From Chthonomonadales bacterium (GTDB lineage: Bacteria > Armatimonadota > Chthonomonadetes > Chthonomonadales > CAJBBX01), in NCBI GenBank assembly GCA_037443035.1, contig JBBIPC010000001.1, forward strand, positions 256,001 through 320,000: 64,000 nt of DNA, in the 5' to 3' direction. The position numbers and the translations under genes were made by a program. Below are positions 1-10,374 of this stretch, in pieces. Under the pieces are notes generated by a model that had not been told where the DNA came from, searched no databases, and worked only from the letters and a program-made list of their open reading frames with translations. Position 1 is the first letter of the stretch, and each line of letters starts with the position of its first letter.

Positions 1-5
1 ATGCC

Positions 6-1379
6 GTGAATGACGAACAGGGCGTCTCGCTCAACCGATTCCGACACTTCGCCGAATGGACACTGGGTCGAGCGAGCCGCGTGACCTACCTAACCGAAGG
101 ACAGTCCAGTGCTACTGCGGGCTCCGTTACGAACGGCGTGCAGCACTCCCTGCTCACGCTCGACCAGCAGTTCTCCCGCGGCATGAAGCTTAACGCGTTT
201 GCCGATACCGTTGCCACGACAAACGGCGGCTCTAGCAACACGGTCACAACGCATTTCGTCCACTTCGAGACCGACCGGTCCAAGGCGAACAATCTCATGG
301 CCGAGACCAAGCGTGTTCGCTCCACCACCGGTTCGTTCGAGAACACGACCCAGCTCGACCTGAACTACCGCGCGTCCCGGAGCATGACGTTCCGGTTGAA
401 CCACCTGGCCGTTGACCGGGGCTCCGATCCATCTGCAACGACCAACACTCTCACGATGAACTGGCAGGTGCGCAAGAACCTGCAGTTCTCCGGCAGCTAC
501 GCTTTGACCAACACCAACAACGGTCAGGATGCCGTCGCTAAGTCGTTCTCGCTTGGTGGTGAACTGATCCGGAACTTCAACCTAACGGGTACCTACAGCG
601 AGGCTGGAGTTGTCGGCAAGCCGCGCAGGGCTGCCTCGGACATCAGCATCAGCAATGCTAAGCCGTTCTCGTTCTTGGGACTGACCAACACAACTCTCGC
701 CTTCAAGTACACGTCGCTGAATGACCAGGGACGACAGGTTAGCGAAGGCGTCTCGGGTGTGCTGAAGGCCAATCTCGGCAAGAACCTGCTTGCGTTCGAG
801 TACGGCGGTTCCCTCGATCCCAAGAACAACAGTGCAGTTTCCCGCATGGTTTCGTTCGTGAGCGATCGCAACGAGAAGCTGCCGATCCATTTCGACATCA
901 CCTACAAAGCGCGCAATATCAACCGCGGTGATGTCCAGCTTATCCGCAACTACAACCTCTCGCTGCGCCTCGACAAGCAAACCGACATTCGGTACTCCTA
1001 CGTATCGCTGCCCGAAGCCAACGGCCGAATTCAGCCGCTCATGAACTCCACGTTCTCCCTGAAGCGCACGCTGAACAGCGTCTCGAGCTTCGCTCTCGAC
1101 TATTCCACCAACCGCGACTACGCTAAGCGCACACAGGTGCGCAAGCTGGGTGCCCTCTACCAGACCAAAGTCAACAAGCTGGCTGCTGTCCAGGTTGGCT
1201 ACAGCGTGGATATCAGCAACCTCAACGGGCAGAACACCAACGCTCACACTGTTTCGTTGAACTTCGACCGCCGCGTGAGCACCGATAACGTGCTGGCGTT
1301 CGGCGCTGCGTACACGATGAACCAGAACGGCCAGGCCGACGATGTTCGCGGCACGGTCGAATTCCGGACGCGGTTCTAA
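6..1379 (+). CDS. Putative outer-membrane beta-barrel protein, probably truncated at the window edge
   Basis: 457-aa ORF with its frame open to the window start. Rich in N/T/S with alternating hydrophobic/polar strands; ends in ...RGTVEFRTRF (terminal Phe, beta-signal-like). No recognised family. Confidence 0.6.
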   Translation: MNDEQGVSLNRFRHFAEWTLGRASRVTYLTEGQSSATAGSVTNGVQHSLLTLDQQFSRGMKLNAFADTVATTNGGSSNTVTTHFVHFETDRSKANNLMAETKRVRSTTGSFENTTQLDLNYRASRSMTFRLNHLAVDRGSDPSATTNTLTMNWQVRKNLQFSGSYALTNTNNGQDAVAKSFSLGGELIRNFNLTGTYSEAGVVGKPRRAASDISISNAKPFSFLGLTNTTLAFKYTSLNDQGRQVSEGVSGVLKANLGKNLLAFEYGGSLDPKNNSAVSRMVSFVSDRNEKLPIHFDITYKARNINRGDVQLIRNYNLSLRLDKQTDIRYSYVSLPEANGRIQPLMNSTFSLKRTLNSVSSFALDYSTNRDYAKRTQVRKLGALYQTKVNKLAAVQVGYSVDISNLNGQNTNAHTVSLNFDRRVSTDNVLAFGAAYTMNQNGQADDVRGTVEFRTRF

Positions 1380-1613
1380 GTCTGTACCCACCCGCACTGC
1401 AACACATTAGCGTGCACTTCTAGCTTAACCTCCACCTCAGACCTAGCTTTCCATCTCTCCTTCTGACCGTGCCTCTCGCGCCTCGAGCCCGCCTTCCCAT
1501 CTTCTGACGCGGTATACTCCCATCGTTCCTGAGAGAAGACCGATATAGCACTTCGGCACGCCACCCGTGCTGGGTGCATTGCCCCACCGGAGCGTGTAGA
1601 GGAGCGACAGAAG

Positions 1614-2591
1614 ATGGACACAAGTCAGGTACTCCTGCGAGGGAAGCAGGTTCTGCGGGCGGAAGCATCGGCCGTGGAGGACCTGATCGGACGACTCGAT
1701 GACAACTTCGCACTGGCGGCTCAGTACGTCCTCGAATGCAGAGGGCGCGTTGTCACGACGGGTGTGGGCAAAGCAGGGGCCATCGCCCGGAAAGTTGCAG
1801 CGACTCTCTCTTCCACAGGCTCGCCCGCCCTTTTCCTCCATCCCGCCGAGGGCGTCCACGGCGACCTGGGAGCAGTCACCGAAGTGGATGTCGTCCTCGC
1901 CTTCTCGTACAGTGGAGAAAGCGATGAAGTCAGTCGCATTCTCCCGACACTCCGGCGGATCGGGGCAACGCTCATCGCTGTTACAGCGCACAAGAACTCG
2001 ACTCTCGGACGTGCAGCCCAAGTAATACTGGATGTGACCGTGCGGGCCGAAGCATGCCCGCTCGGATTGGCCCCTACCGCGTCCACGACTGCCATGCTTG
2101 CCATCGGCGATGCCCTGGCCATTGCAGTCATGGAAGCGCGCGGTTTCACCCGCGACGACTTCGCAATGTATCACCCGGCAGGGGCCCTCGGACGGCGATT
2201 GACGCTTCGGGTGTCGGATGTCATGCGGACTGGTGCGCAGATGGCGTTGGTAACGGAAGACACCACTCTGCGGGATACTCTCTTCGCCATCACCAAAGCC
2301 GGTGCCGGTGCCGCGTTCATCGTTGACGCTGACGGTCGGCTTGCCGGCATCCTGACGGATGGGGATGTGCGTCGTGCGTTATTGAAGGACCCGAACGCGC
2401 TCGGTCGAGAAGCAGGGCAACTGATGAATCGGCAGCCACTCGTTATTCAGGGCGACCCGCTGGCTGCAGAAGCACTGACGATACTGGAGGAGTCCGAGCG
2501 TCGCCCCGGTGAGGCTCCGGTGCTGGACGCCGATGGTCGGCCAGTGGGTTGTATCATGCTCAAAGACTTGCTCCGCTGCGGGATCGTCTAG
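1614..2591 (+). CDS. kdsD: KpsF/GutQ family arabinose-5-phosphate isomerase (SIS + CBS pair)
   Basis: Motifs TGVGKAG, HPAEGVHGDLG, SYSGES, EACPLGLAPTAST, HPAGALG; C-terminal CBS (GILTDGDVRR); GAGGAG RBS. Confidence 0.95.
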   Translation: MDTSQVLLRGKQVLRAEASAVEDLIGRLDDNFALAAQYVLECRGRVVTTGVGKAGAIARKVAATLSSTGSPALFLHPAEGVHGDLGAVTEVDVVLAFSYSGESDEVSRILPTLRRIGATLIAVTAHKNSTLGRAAQVILDVTVRAEACPLGLAPTASTTAMLAIGDALAIAVMEARGFTRDDFAMYHPAGALGRRLTLRVSDVMRTGAQMALVTEDTTLRDTLFAITKAGAGAAFIVDADGRLAGILTDGDVRRALLKDPNALGREAGQLMNRQPLVIQGDPLAAEALTILEESERRPGEAPVLDADGRPVGCIMLKDLLRCGIV

Positions 2592-3154
2592 TGGACAGCC
2601 TGTCGCCACAACTGACTGCACGCTTTGCCGCTGTCCGCCTTTTCGCCATGGATGTGGATGGTGTTCTCACCGATGGAGGGCTGTGGTTCGGTACTTCTGG
2701 CGAATCCAAGCGTTTCGATGTCCGAGATGGTCTAGGTCTGCGACTCCTCCTGCAGGTCGGAATCTCTGTGGCATGGATCACAGCCAGGGCATCCGAAGCG
2801 GTCGCCCGTCGTGCCAGCGAGATCGGTTCCGTCCGTGTGTTGGATGGTGTTAGCGACAAGGCTCTCGCGATACGCGATCTAGCGTCGGGGGAAAGGATCG
2901 AGCTTCGGCAGGTGGCTTACATGGGCGATGACCTGAACGATCTGCCAGCGCTCAGACTTTGCGGCTGCGCGTGTGCACCGGCCGATGCAACCCGGCTTGT
3001 CCGTTCCTCCGCCCATTACGTTTGTAGCGCTCGAGGTGGTCATGGGGCAGTGCGGGAAGTAGCGGAACGGATTCTTGTTGCCTCAGGCAGCTTCGAGGCG
3101 GCTGTCGAGGGATACCTCGCCAACCTCCAGACACCCCGCTCGCTCGACGGTTGA
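2591..3154 (+). CDS. kdsC: Kdo-8-phosphate phosphatase (HAD family)
   Basis: DVDGVLTDG, YMGDDLND and GGHGAVRE motifs. GTG start at 2591 overlaps the kdsD stop. Confidence 0.93.
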   Translation: MDSLSPQLTARFAAVRLFAMDVDGVLTDGGLWFGTSGESKRFDVRDGLGLRLLLQVGISVAWITARASEAVARRASEIGSVRVLDGVSDKALAIRDLASGERIELRQVAYMGDDLNDLPALRLCGCACAPADATRLVRSSAHYVCSARGGHGAVREVAERILVASGSFEAAVEGYLANLQTPRSLDG

Positions 3155-3173
3155 AACTTGCTGTTGATCACGA

Positions 3174-4130
3174 ATGACTATCGAGAGACCTATGCTCGTC
3201 ATCGTCGGTCCCACCGCAGTGGGCAAGACCCGAGTCGCGCTGGAAGCCGCGCGGGCCCTCGGAGGCGAACTCATCAGCGCGGACTCGATGGCCGTCTACC
3301 GAGGTCTCGATATTGGCACGGCCAAGCCGACGTTAGCAGAACGTGGTGGAGTCCCTTGCCATCTGATTGACGTCGTCGAGCCCACCGAGACCTTCAGTGC
3401 GGCTGCGTTCAGAGATCTGGCGAAGAGCGTCATCGCTGAGTGCCGAAGCAGAAACGCATTGCCGGTCATCGCCGGCGGTACTGGCTTCTATGTTCGAGCA
3501 CTACTGGACGGGCTCGGTTTGGCAGGAGTACCAGCGGATCCTGCCGTACGACACGAACTACGGCTCCAAGCTGAACGCCTCGGTACCAAGCATCTCTACG
3601 AGCGTCTAGTCGTAGTCGATCCTGTCTCCGCTCGGCGCATCCACCCCAACGACGCAGTGCGCATTGTGCGCGCACTGGAAGTCTGGCAGGTCTCTGGCCG
3701 GACGCTGACGCAGATCGCAGAAGAGGAATCCAGGACCCGAAAGCCCTTGCCTGCCGTGCGCATCGGACTGCGGATGGACGTGCGCGTGCTCGACCAGAGG
3801 ATCAACGAGCGGGTGGACGCGATGTTCGGTGCCGGGTTGGTTGACGAGGTCGGGAACGTCCTTGCGCGTGGAGTAGATCCTGATGCCCCGGGTCTGCGCG
3901 GTCTTGGCTACAAGGAAGTCGTCTCCTACTTACGCGGTATGATTACACTTCCGGAATGCGTAGATATGGTGAAGAGAAACACACGACGATACGCGAGACG
4001 CCAGATGACATGGTTTCGAGCAGATCGAGCGATCCAATGGTTCGACGTGACCGAGAGGACGGCGAGCGAGATCGCCAACCAGGTCGTGGCAGTGTATAGC
4101 GATGTGCCCAGGAGGACTCCACGTAGATGA
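3174..4130 (+). CDS. miaA: tRNA dimethylallyltransferase
   Basis: GPTAVGKT P-loop, [44 protein letters not shown]. Confidence 0.97.
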   Translation: MTIERPMLVIVGPTAVGKTRVALEAARALGGELISADSMAVYRGLDIGTAKPTLAERGGVPCHLIDVVEPTETFSAAAFRDLAKSVIAECRSRNALPVIAGGTGFYVRALLDGLGLAGVPADPAVRHELRLQAERLGTKHLYERLVVVDPVSARRIHPNDAVRIVRALEVWQVSGRTLTQIAEEESRTRKPLPAVRIGLRMDVRVLDQRINERVDAMFGAGLVDEVGNVLARGVDPDAPGLRGLGYKEVVSYLRGMITLPECVDMVKRNTRRYARRQMTWFRADRAIQWFDVTERTASEIANQVVAVYSDVPRRTPRR

Positions 4131-4462
4131 GCAAGCCTCAGCCCAACATACAGGACCTGTTCCTGAACCAGATACGCAAGGAAAACACGGCCGTAACGAT
4201 CTACTTGACCAATGGTGTGCAGCTCCGTGGTCATATTCGTGGCTTCGATCCGTTCACGGTTCTACTGGAATCACCGGGGCGACCGACGCAGATCGTCTAC
4301 AAGCACGCCATGACCTCGATTGTGCCACTCCGCCCGGTGACCGGCTTTACGGGCGGCACGCCCGCGGAAGCCACGAGGAGGGTTGGAGAGCAGGGATCGG
4401 CGGACGCAGCGCAGGCAGATGCCCCAGGCGACACTGGAGTGGAGAGAGGTGCCGAGACGTGA
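4127..4462 (+). CDS. hfq: RNA chaperone Hfq
   Basis: [27 protein letters not shown] and [11 protein letters not shown]m motifs; ATGA overlap with miaA. Confidence 0.96.
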   Translation: MSKPQPNIQDLFLNQIRKENTAVTIYLTNGVQLRGHIRGFDPFTVLLESPGRPTQIVYKHAMTSIVPLRPVTGFTGGTPAEATRRVGEQGSADAAQADAPGDTGVERGAET

Positions 4463-5298
4463 AGTTCAGTAAGATGCAAGGGATAGGCAATGATTTCGTG
4501 GTAGTGGACTGTGTTACGCAGTCACACTCAGAAGAAACACTTGCTAGCCTTGCGCAGAAGATCTGTGATCGGCGATTCGGTATTGGCGCCGATGGTCTGA
4601 TACTGGTGCTGCCATCGCGATCCGCAGACTTTCGCATGCGGATGTTCAACCCTGACGGCTCTGAAGCCGAGATGTGCGGCAACGGCACTCGCTGCTTGGC
4701 GCGCTTCGTGTACGACCATGGCTTGACGGACGCCACTTCGATCGCCCTCGAGACACTGGCTGGCATTAGGAACCTCAAACTGCATACCCGCGGTCGCTCT
4801 GTCGAGGCGGTTCGAGTGGACATGGGGCAGCCCATTCTCCGTCGCTCGCTCATCCCCATGCGAGGAACCGACTCACCCGACGTCTTGGATGAGACGATCA
4901 AGGTGAACAACCGAAAAGTGCGCATCACGGCTGTCTCTATGGGCAACCCGCATGCCGTTACCTTCGACCTTGGTACAGAGATGCATACCGTGACGTCCCT
5001 CGGGCCTCTTATCGAGAACCATCGCCTTTTTCCGAGCCGGACGAACGTTCAGTTCGCAGATGTGAAGACCACTACAGAGGTGGTTCTGCGCACCTGGGAA
5101 CGTGGCGCGGGCGTTACGCTCGGATGTGGCACCGGAGCATGTGCGACCGTCGTTGCGGGCGTGCTCACGGGTCGGCTCAATCGGAGAGTGACGGTGCATC
5201 TGCTGGGCGGCGATCTCATCGTCGAGCTGACCGGCGACAACAGGGTTGTCATGACCGGTCCGGCCGAGGAAGTTTTCCAGGGCGAATACCCGCTTTGA
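4459..5298 (+). CDS. dapF: Diaminopimelate epimerase
   Basis: [46 protein letters not shown]. The GTG start overlapping the hfq stop (GTGA) is preferred over the ORF-track start at 4102. Confidence 0.96.
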   Translation: MKFSKMQGIGNDFVVVDCVTQSHSEETLASLAQKICDRRFGIGADGLILVLPSRSADFRMRMFNPDGSEAEMCGNGTRCLARFVYDHGLTDATSIALETLAGIRNLKLHTRGRSVEAVRVDMGQPILRRSLIPMRGTDSPDVLDETIKVNNRKVRITAVSMGNPHAVTFDLGTEMHTVTSLGPLIENHRLFPSRTNVQFADVKTTTEVVLRTWERGAGVTLGCGTGACATVVAGVLTGRLNRRVTVHLLGGDLIVELTGDNRVVMTGPAEEVFQGEYPL

Positions 5299-5319
5299 GC
5301 AACGACCGGAGCGAACGCC

Positions 5320-6147
5320 ATGCGGTTTTCCATATGCAATGAGACCTTCCAGGGGTGGGACTGGGAGCGAACCTGCAAGTTCGCTGGATCCTTGGGTTAC
5401 GAGGGACTCGAGATCGCGCCGTTCACATTCGCAGAAGACGCCCGGAGTATCGGTGCTGGCGAAAGGGTAGCCATACGGCGTATTGCGGAGCGGCACGGTC
5501 TGCAGATCGTTGGCCTGCACTGGCTCCTCGTCTCACCCAAGGGCCTGTCGGTGACATGTCCTGACGCTTCGGTTCGCAAGGCCACGTCCGACTACTTGGT
5601 CGCCTTGGTTGAGGTCTGCGCCGACCTGGGCGGCGGGATCATGGTCTTGGGCTCCCCGGCGCAACGACGGATCGAAGCTGGTACCACGCGGGATGCAGCC
5701 GTCCGCTACTTCATCGAGTCCCTCAAGCCGGTCTTGGATCGAGCTGCGGCCAGAGGAGTGACTGTCTGTGTGGAGCCTCTGCCGGCACCCGAGGCGAACT
5801 TCATTCAGACACTGGCCGAAGCAGCGGACATAGTCTATTTGTTCCAGCATCCTGCAGCGAAGACTATCTTGGATGTGAAAAGCGCCTCGGCGGAAGGCAA
5901 GCCGCTGTGCGATCTGATACGAAGTTACGCGCCTATCTTGGCTCACGTGCATGCCAACGATGCCAACCGACGCGGTCCCGGCTTCGGAACAACGAACTTC
6001 GTACCCATCTTAGCGACGCTGATGGAAGTCGGCTACTCTGGCTACGTTTCGGTGGAAGTCTTCGATTACTCGCCGGATCCGGAGACCATCGCTCGAGAGA
6101 GCATCCGCTATCTGCGACATTGCGAGAGTGCGAGCAGCAAAGCCTAA
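5320..6147 (+). CDS. Sugar phosphate isomerase/epimerase (AP_endonuc_2 TIM barrel, ketose 3-epimerase-like)
   Basis: GYEGLEIAP, CVEPL, LDVK, HVHAND, GPGFG and YVSVEVF metal-ligand pattern. Confidence 0.85.
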   Translation: MRFSICNETFQGWDWERTCKFAGSLGYEGLEIAPFTFAEDARSIGAGERVAIRRIAERHGLQIVGLHWLLVSPKGLSVTCPDASVRKATSDYLVALVEVCADLGGGIMVLGSPAQRRIEAGTTRDAAVRYFIESLKPVLDRAAARGVTVCVEPLPAPEANFIQTLAEAADIVYLFQHPAAKTILDVKSASAEGKPLCDLIRSYAPILAHVHANDANRRGPGFGTTNFVPILATLMEVGYSGYVSVEVFDYSPDPETIARESIRYLRHCESASSKA

Positions 6148-6171
6148 CGTTCAGTCGGCCTAGCCTTGCCT

Positions 6172-7926
6172 CTATCCCATGGTGCTTTCCGTGGACACTG
6201 CTTCGAACGTTTCCGCGCAACACTCCGGTGGGAGATGGCGGCCCCCGCGGTACTCCTCGATGACGTATACTTCGTCACTATCGCCCACCGAATCTGAGCT
6301 GCGTACGACCTGCACGGATGCGCCTCCTGCCCGGCGCACGAGGATCGGGATGGCACCTAAGGTGCGCACAGCCTGCCGCGCAGGCCGTCCAGCGCAACTT
6401 CGCAATTCGTCGCTGCTCAGCCGCCTTACTGCCAGGAGCCGGTCACGGTATGCAATGCCCTGGACCACCCCTTCAGCAAGGGCACATGCAACAAACGTGG
6501 CGCCTGCGACAGTAGACGGGTTGAGAGCCACGTCTACTCCAAGGGTCTGGGTTCCGAGCCGCTCGGCCAGTCTGTGGCTGAAGAGCCGCACAACCGTTCG
6601 GATGCGATCGTTCATTGCCCGGGCGTCATGCGCGACCCGGAGATTCACGATGTCGTTGTCCGTCACTGCTACCACGGCTTTGGCGTTATCGACGCCCGCT
6701 TGTCGCAAGATATGGGGATCGCTGCCATCTCCATGGATGACAGGAACCCTTTCCCGCACGACGTGAGGAAACGGAATATCCGTGCTGTTATCTACAGCGA
6801 GCACAGTCTCTCCCATCGTGTGCAGATGCATCGCCACTCTGTAGCCTATGTTGCCAAGACCGACAATGACGATATGGTCACGAAGCGTCGTGCGGTGCTG
6901 TCCCAGCGCCTGCTCCACACGCTGAGTGACAAGGTAGTTCGTGATCACGCCGAGCCCAACCACAAGCAGCAAGACGCCCATGAACATGGTCATGATTCCG
7001 AAGATCTTGACCAGAGGCGGGGCGTGGATCAGCACAATGTCACCGAAGCCAACGGTGGTGACCACAGTCGCCGTGAAATAAACCGCATCCAGCCACGTCA
7101 GGCCAAGAGCGAGTTTGTAGACGGCGACGGCCGCGACGAAGAGCACGGCGAACGTCCCGAGCGTGACCCGAAGGAGCGGTGTCGTTTCCTGCCACAGGGA
7201 CTTGACCATACTCCAAGGCGGCCGCCACCGAAGGCGCTTCTCTTTCGAGCGCCGCTTCGCATCAGGGTCGTGGGCTGGCTTCCGGCCGCAGCGGGCCGAT
7301 GCCACGACTACAACGTCCCCAACCGCCAACGGCGTGCTTGCTCTGGCCTCGGTCGGGTGCTCGTCAGACCTTCGGCGAACGGCCAGCGGCACACCGTTCA
7401 ACTCTTCAGCCACTTCCCCCAGAGAAGCTCCTCGGCTAAGGTGCTCCGCACCGATCTGATGCTCCACGATCTCTATGGCCGCGTTCGGCGCCACCTGCGC
7501 GCTGAGCACATTACCACCTAGGGCGGCTGCCACAAATGCACCCGCTGCCACCGCACCAGCGTTGAGAACGGCACGGACGGGCAAGCTCGAACGCACGCTC
7601 TCGGCAAGCTGTTCATCGTAGATGCGCACGACGACCGGAACATGCGGCGCGAGCCGCATGGCGTCCATGGCTGTCTCGAGATTGGCTAGATCGTCGTCCG
7701 TGGCAATGATGATGGCCCTGGCCGTTGAAAGGCTCGCATCCACCAGCGCGGTCTCGTCCCGCTCATCATCCATGACGACGGCCGACGCCCACCGCTGGAC
7801 GCGGGCACGCCACTCCCTAGGCACATCCCTTGTGATCACAACTACGGGTATTTCCTGCTTCGCCAGGATCTGCAGGACCGAGATAGCAACCTTTCCCAGA
7901 CCGCACAGGACGACGTGGTTGCGCAT
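6172..7926 (-). CDS. Potassium channel protein with RCK (TrkA-N) domains on both sides of the pore
   Basis: Selectivity filter TTVGFGD between two TM helices; two Rossmann GxGxx motifs (VLCGLGKVA, IVGLGNIG). Start set at MRNHVV. Confidence 0.88.
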   Translation of the reverse strand: MRNHVVLCGLGKVAISVLQILAKQEIPVVVITRDVPREWRARVQRWASAVVMDDERDETALVDASLSTARAIIIATDDDLANLETAMDAMRLAPHVPVVVRIYDEQLAESVRSSLPVRAVLNAGAVAAGAFVAAALGGNVLSAQVAPNAAIEIVEHQIGAEHLSRGASLGEVAEELNGVPLAVRRRSDEHPTEARASTPLAVGDVVVVASARCGRKPAHDPDAKRRSKEKRLRWRPPWSMVKSLWQETTPLLRVTLGTFAVLFVAAVAVYKLALGLTWLDAVYFTATVVTTVGFGDIVLIHAPPLVKIFGIMTMFMGVLLLVVGLGVITNYLVTQRVEQALGQHRTTLRDHIVIVGLGNIGYRVAMHLHTMGETVLAVDNSTDIPFPHVVRERVPVIHGDGSDPHILRQAGVDNAKAVVAVTDNDIVNLRVAHDARAMNDRIRTVVRLFSHRLAERLGTQTLGVDVALNPSTVAGATFVACALAEGVVQGIAYRDRLLAVRRLSSDELRSCAGRPARQAVRTLGAIPILVRRAGGASVQVVRSSDSVGDSDEVYVIEEYRGGRHLPPECCAETFEAVSTESTMG

Positions 7927-7927
7927 G

Positions 7928-9316
7928 TCAGTCGCTCTCCCCAATCTCTGTCACCCACGTCTTCAGCGCAACGATGGCCCCCTCCCGATCGCCTGGTGCC
8001 AACGTGCCCTCTAGGATGCGACTAACCAGATACTCCTTGGCCCTCCCCACCAGTGGACCTTGCGCTATACCCAGCACCGCCATGATGTCGCGCCCGTCCA
8101 GCGGGCTGCATAGCTCCGCCACGTTCATCTGACGGTTCACCTGCTCGACTCGCTCCCGGACGGCGCGAAGATCCGTGGGGTCGGCCCGGTCGCTCATCGC
8201 CGCCATGTCCGCTTTTGCTAGATCGTACAAGGCATCGAGTCTTGGCGAAGTATCGCGGATGAGGCGTCGGATGGCAGCATCGCTCCAGTCCGGCCTCACC
8301 TGGCCCAGTCGCATGTGCAACGCGACAAGAGCACTCACCTCCGCAATCACGTCAGACGGCAGGCGCAATCTCTGGAGCACTCGTCGGGTCATTTCCGCTC
8401 CGACGGTCTCGTGGCGATAGAAGTGGACACCACGTTCATCCACACTGCGGGTCACCGGCTTTCCGACATCGTGGAATAGCACCGCAAGACGGAGGGACAA
8501 GGGCGCCGAAGCTGGCAAGTGGCACAACGCCTCCATGGTATGATCCCAGACGTCGAACGAATGCCACTCGTTCTGCTCCACACCACGCATGGCTACTAGC
8601 TCCGGCATGATCCGTGCGAGCAAGCCGGATTGCTCCAATAGCTCCAGGCCGAGTCTGGGATTCCTGGAGCTGATAATCTTCACGAACTCGTCACGGATTC
8701 GTTCCGCAGATACCACCCTTGGGTTCGCACCTAGAAGATCCACACGATGGGCTTGCTGCCGCACAGCGTCCCAGGCACGTGCTTCGATAGTGAAACCGAG
8801 TGTTACGGCGAACCGTATTGCACGGAACATGCGAAGGGGATCATCTTGAAACGTGCTACCGGGCTCCATCGGCGTCCGGATGATGCGCGCATCCAGGTCA
8901 GGCAGGGCATTGCCAGTAAGATCGAGGAGCACCGCATCATGAAGCCCTTCCAACAAGGTGTTGACCGTGAAGTCGCGGCGCATCACATCCTCGAGCAACG
9001 AAGCCGGACGCACGAACGGCTTTCGGGATCTCGGTTCGTAGCTTTCAGAGCGGGCTGTCGCCAGCTCGATCCCTACCCCGCGAATCTGGACTCGGGCCGT
9101 GCCAAAACGTGGGTAGACAACCGGACTGTGCTCCGACAGGCCAGCTTGGGCCAAGAAGCGAGCGAGCGCCACTGCGTCGCCCAGCACCACGAGATCCAGG
9201 TCGTTGCCAGGCGGAAGCCCAAGCAGCCGGTCCCGGATGGCACCACCCACCACGTAGACACGCTCATGGAAGGTGCTATTCTCGATCGCGGTTCGCAACT
9301 GGTCCAGGACAGTCAT
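7928..9316 (-). CDS. cca: CCA tRNA nucleotidyltransferase (class II, with HD domain)
   Basis: VGGAIRD, DLD, RRDFTVN, DDPLRMFRAIRFA, SAERIRDEF, HT...FHDVGK. Poly(A) polymerase versus CCA specificity cannot be proven by eye. Confidence 0.85.
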   Translation of the reverse strand: MTVLDQLRTAIENSTFHERVYVVGGAIRDRLLGLPPGNDLDLVVLGDAVALARFLAQAGLSEHSPVVYPRFGTARVQIRGVGIELATARSESYEPRSRKPFVRPASLLEDVMRRDFTVNTLLEGLHDAVLLDLTGNALPDLDARIIRTPMEPGSTFQDDPLRMFRAIRFAVTLGFTIEARAWDAVRQQAHRVDLLGANPRVVSAERIRDEFVKIISSRNPRLGLELLEQSGLLARIMPELVAMRGVEQNEWHSFDVWDHTMEALCHLPASAPLSLRLAVLFHDVGKPVTRSVDERGVHFYRHETVGAEMTRRVLQRLRLPSDVIAEVSALVALHMRLGQVRPDWSDAAIRRLIRDTSPRLDALYDLAKADMAAMSDRADPTDLRAVRERVEQVNRQMNVAELCSPLDGRDIMAVLGIAQGPLVGRAKEYLVSRILEGTLAPGDREGAIVALKTWVTEIGESD

Positions 9317-9322
9317 GGAGAG

Positions 9323-9331
9323 ATTATGGCA
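9323..9331 (-). promoter_or_regulatory. Extended -10 element (TG-C-CATAAT) 6 nt upstream of the cca ATG; likely leaderless transcript
   Basis: Minus strand reads gaTGcCATAATctctccATG; no SD-like sequence between the -10 and the ATG. Confidence 0.5.
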
Positions 9332-9456
9332 TCTGGCACGGTCAGGAGCCAGAGATGGACAGGGTGCTGCACGGACGGAGTACAATGCAGCATGCATCCA
9401 GGGACGGAGACTCTTCGAGCTGTGGCTAGCGTCGTCAGCGCCGTGGTAATGGCCGC

Positions 9457-10374
9457 GTGATGGTAGTAGCTTCCGCTCACGATCTCACGGTCTGCTACGG
9501 AAAGCGAGTGGCATTGCGGGAGCTGACCGTCGAGATACCCGAGGGCAGCGTAGGACTCCTGGGGCCAAACGGTGCCGGCAAGACCACCCTAATCAAGACA
9601 TGGCTTGGCTTCCTACGACCAGCAGGTGGTGTCGCAACCGTACTCGGTATGGATACCACTCGCGAGAGCCTGGCCATACGCCAGCGCATCGGTCTCATGC
9701 CCGAGCTGGACTGCCATATACCAGGAATGAACGCTGTATCCTACGTTGCGTACGCAGGCGAGCTGTGCGGTATGCCAGCCAGTCAGGCTCTGCGCCGGGC
9801 ACACGAGGTGCTGGAGTACTGCGGTCTAGGGGAGGCACGATACCGGCCGATCGAGACTTACTCCACGGGCATGCGGCAGCGCATCAAGCTCGCACAGGCT
9901 CTTGTCCACGGCCCCAGGCTTCTTCTTCTGGACGAGCCTACCAATGGCCTGGACCCAGAGGGCCGGACGGATATGCTGCATCTCATCCGAGAGATTTCTG
10001 GTTTCAAGGGCGTCAGCGTCGTTGTGTCGTCGCACCTGTTGCCTGACGTGGAGGAAACGTGTGATCATGTCATTGTCATGCAGGATGGCAGGGTCACGAA
10101 GCAAGGATCGGTCGCGTCACTGAGGGAAACCACTGGCCAGCAGGTGGACGTCGAACTGCGTGAGCCGGTGGATGCGTTCTTCGGCCTTCTGGAGTCGCAG
10201 GGCGCACAGGTCATCCAGAGGCTCGGTAGCCGATGCCGAATCCTGCTTCCAGATTCGACTCCTGACCCGGTGAGTGCTGTTCTACGAGCCGCTCTAACCA
10301 CAGGGGCGCAGGTGCGTGGTATTCGACCTGCCACACGATCCCTGGAGGACGTCTTCATGGAGGCGGTCTCATGA
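9457..10374 (+). CDS. ABC-2 type transporter ATP-binding protein
   Basis: Walker A GPNGAGKT, signature YSTGMRQR, Walker B LLLLDEP, H-loop SSH. Confidence 0.93.
   Translation: MMVVASAHDLTVCYGKRVALRELTVEIPEGSVGLLGPNGAGKTTLIKTWLGFLRPAGGVATVLGMDTTRESLAIRQRIGLMPELDCHIPGMNAVSYVAYAGELCGMPASQALRRAHEVLEYCGLGEARYRPIETYSTGMRQRIKLAQALVHGPRLLLLDEPTNGLDPEGRTDMLHLIREISGFKGVSVVVSSHLLPDVEETCDHVIVMQDGRVTKQGSVASLRETTGQQVDVELREPVDAFFGLLESQGAQVIQRLGSRCRILLPDSTPDPVSAVLRAALTTGAQVRGIRPATRSLEDVFMEAVS

Noticed and set aside
4102..4458. N-terminally extended DapF overlapping hfq (also the extensions of ORFs starting at 11018, 55431, 56054, 37036 and 40585)
   Set aside because: Family similarity begins at downstream starts that overlap the previous stop or have an RBS; the extensions are artefacts of longest-ORF calling.
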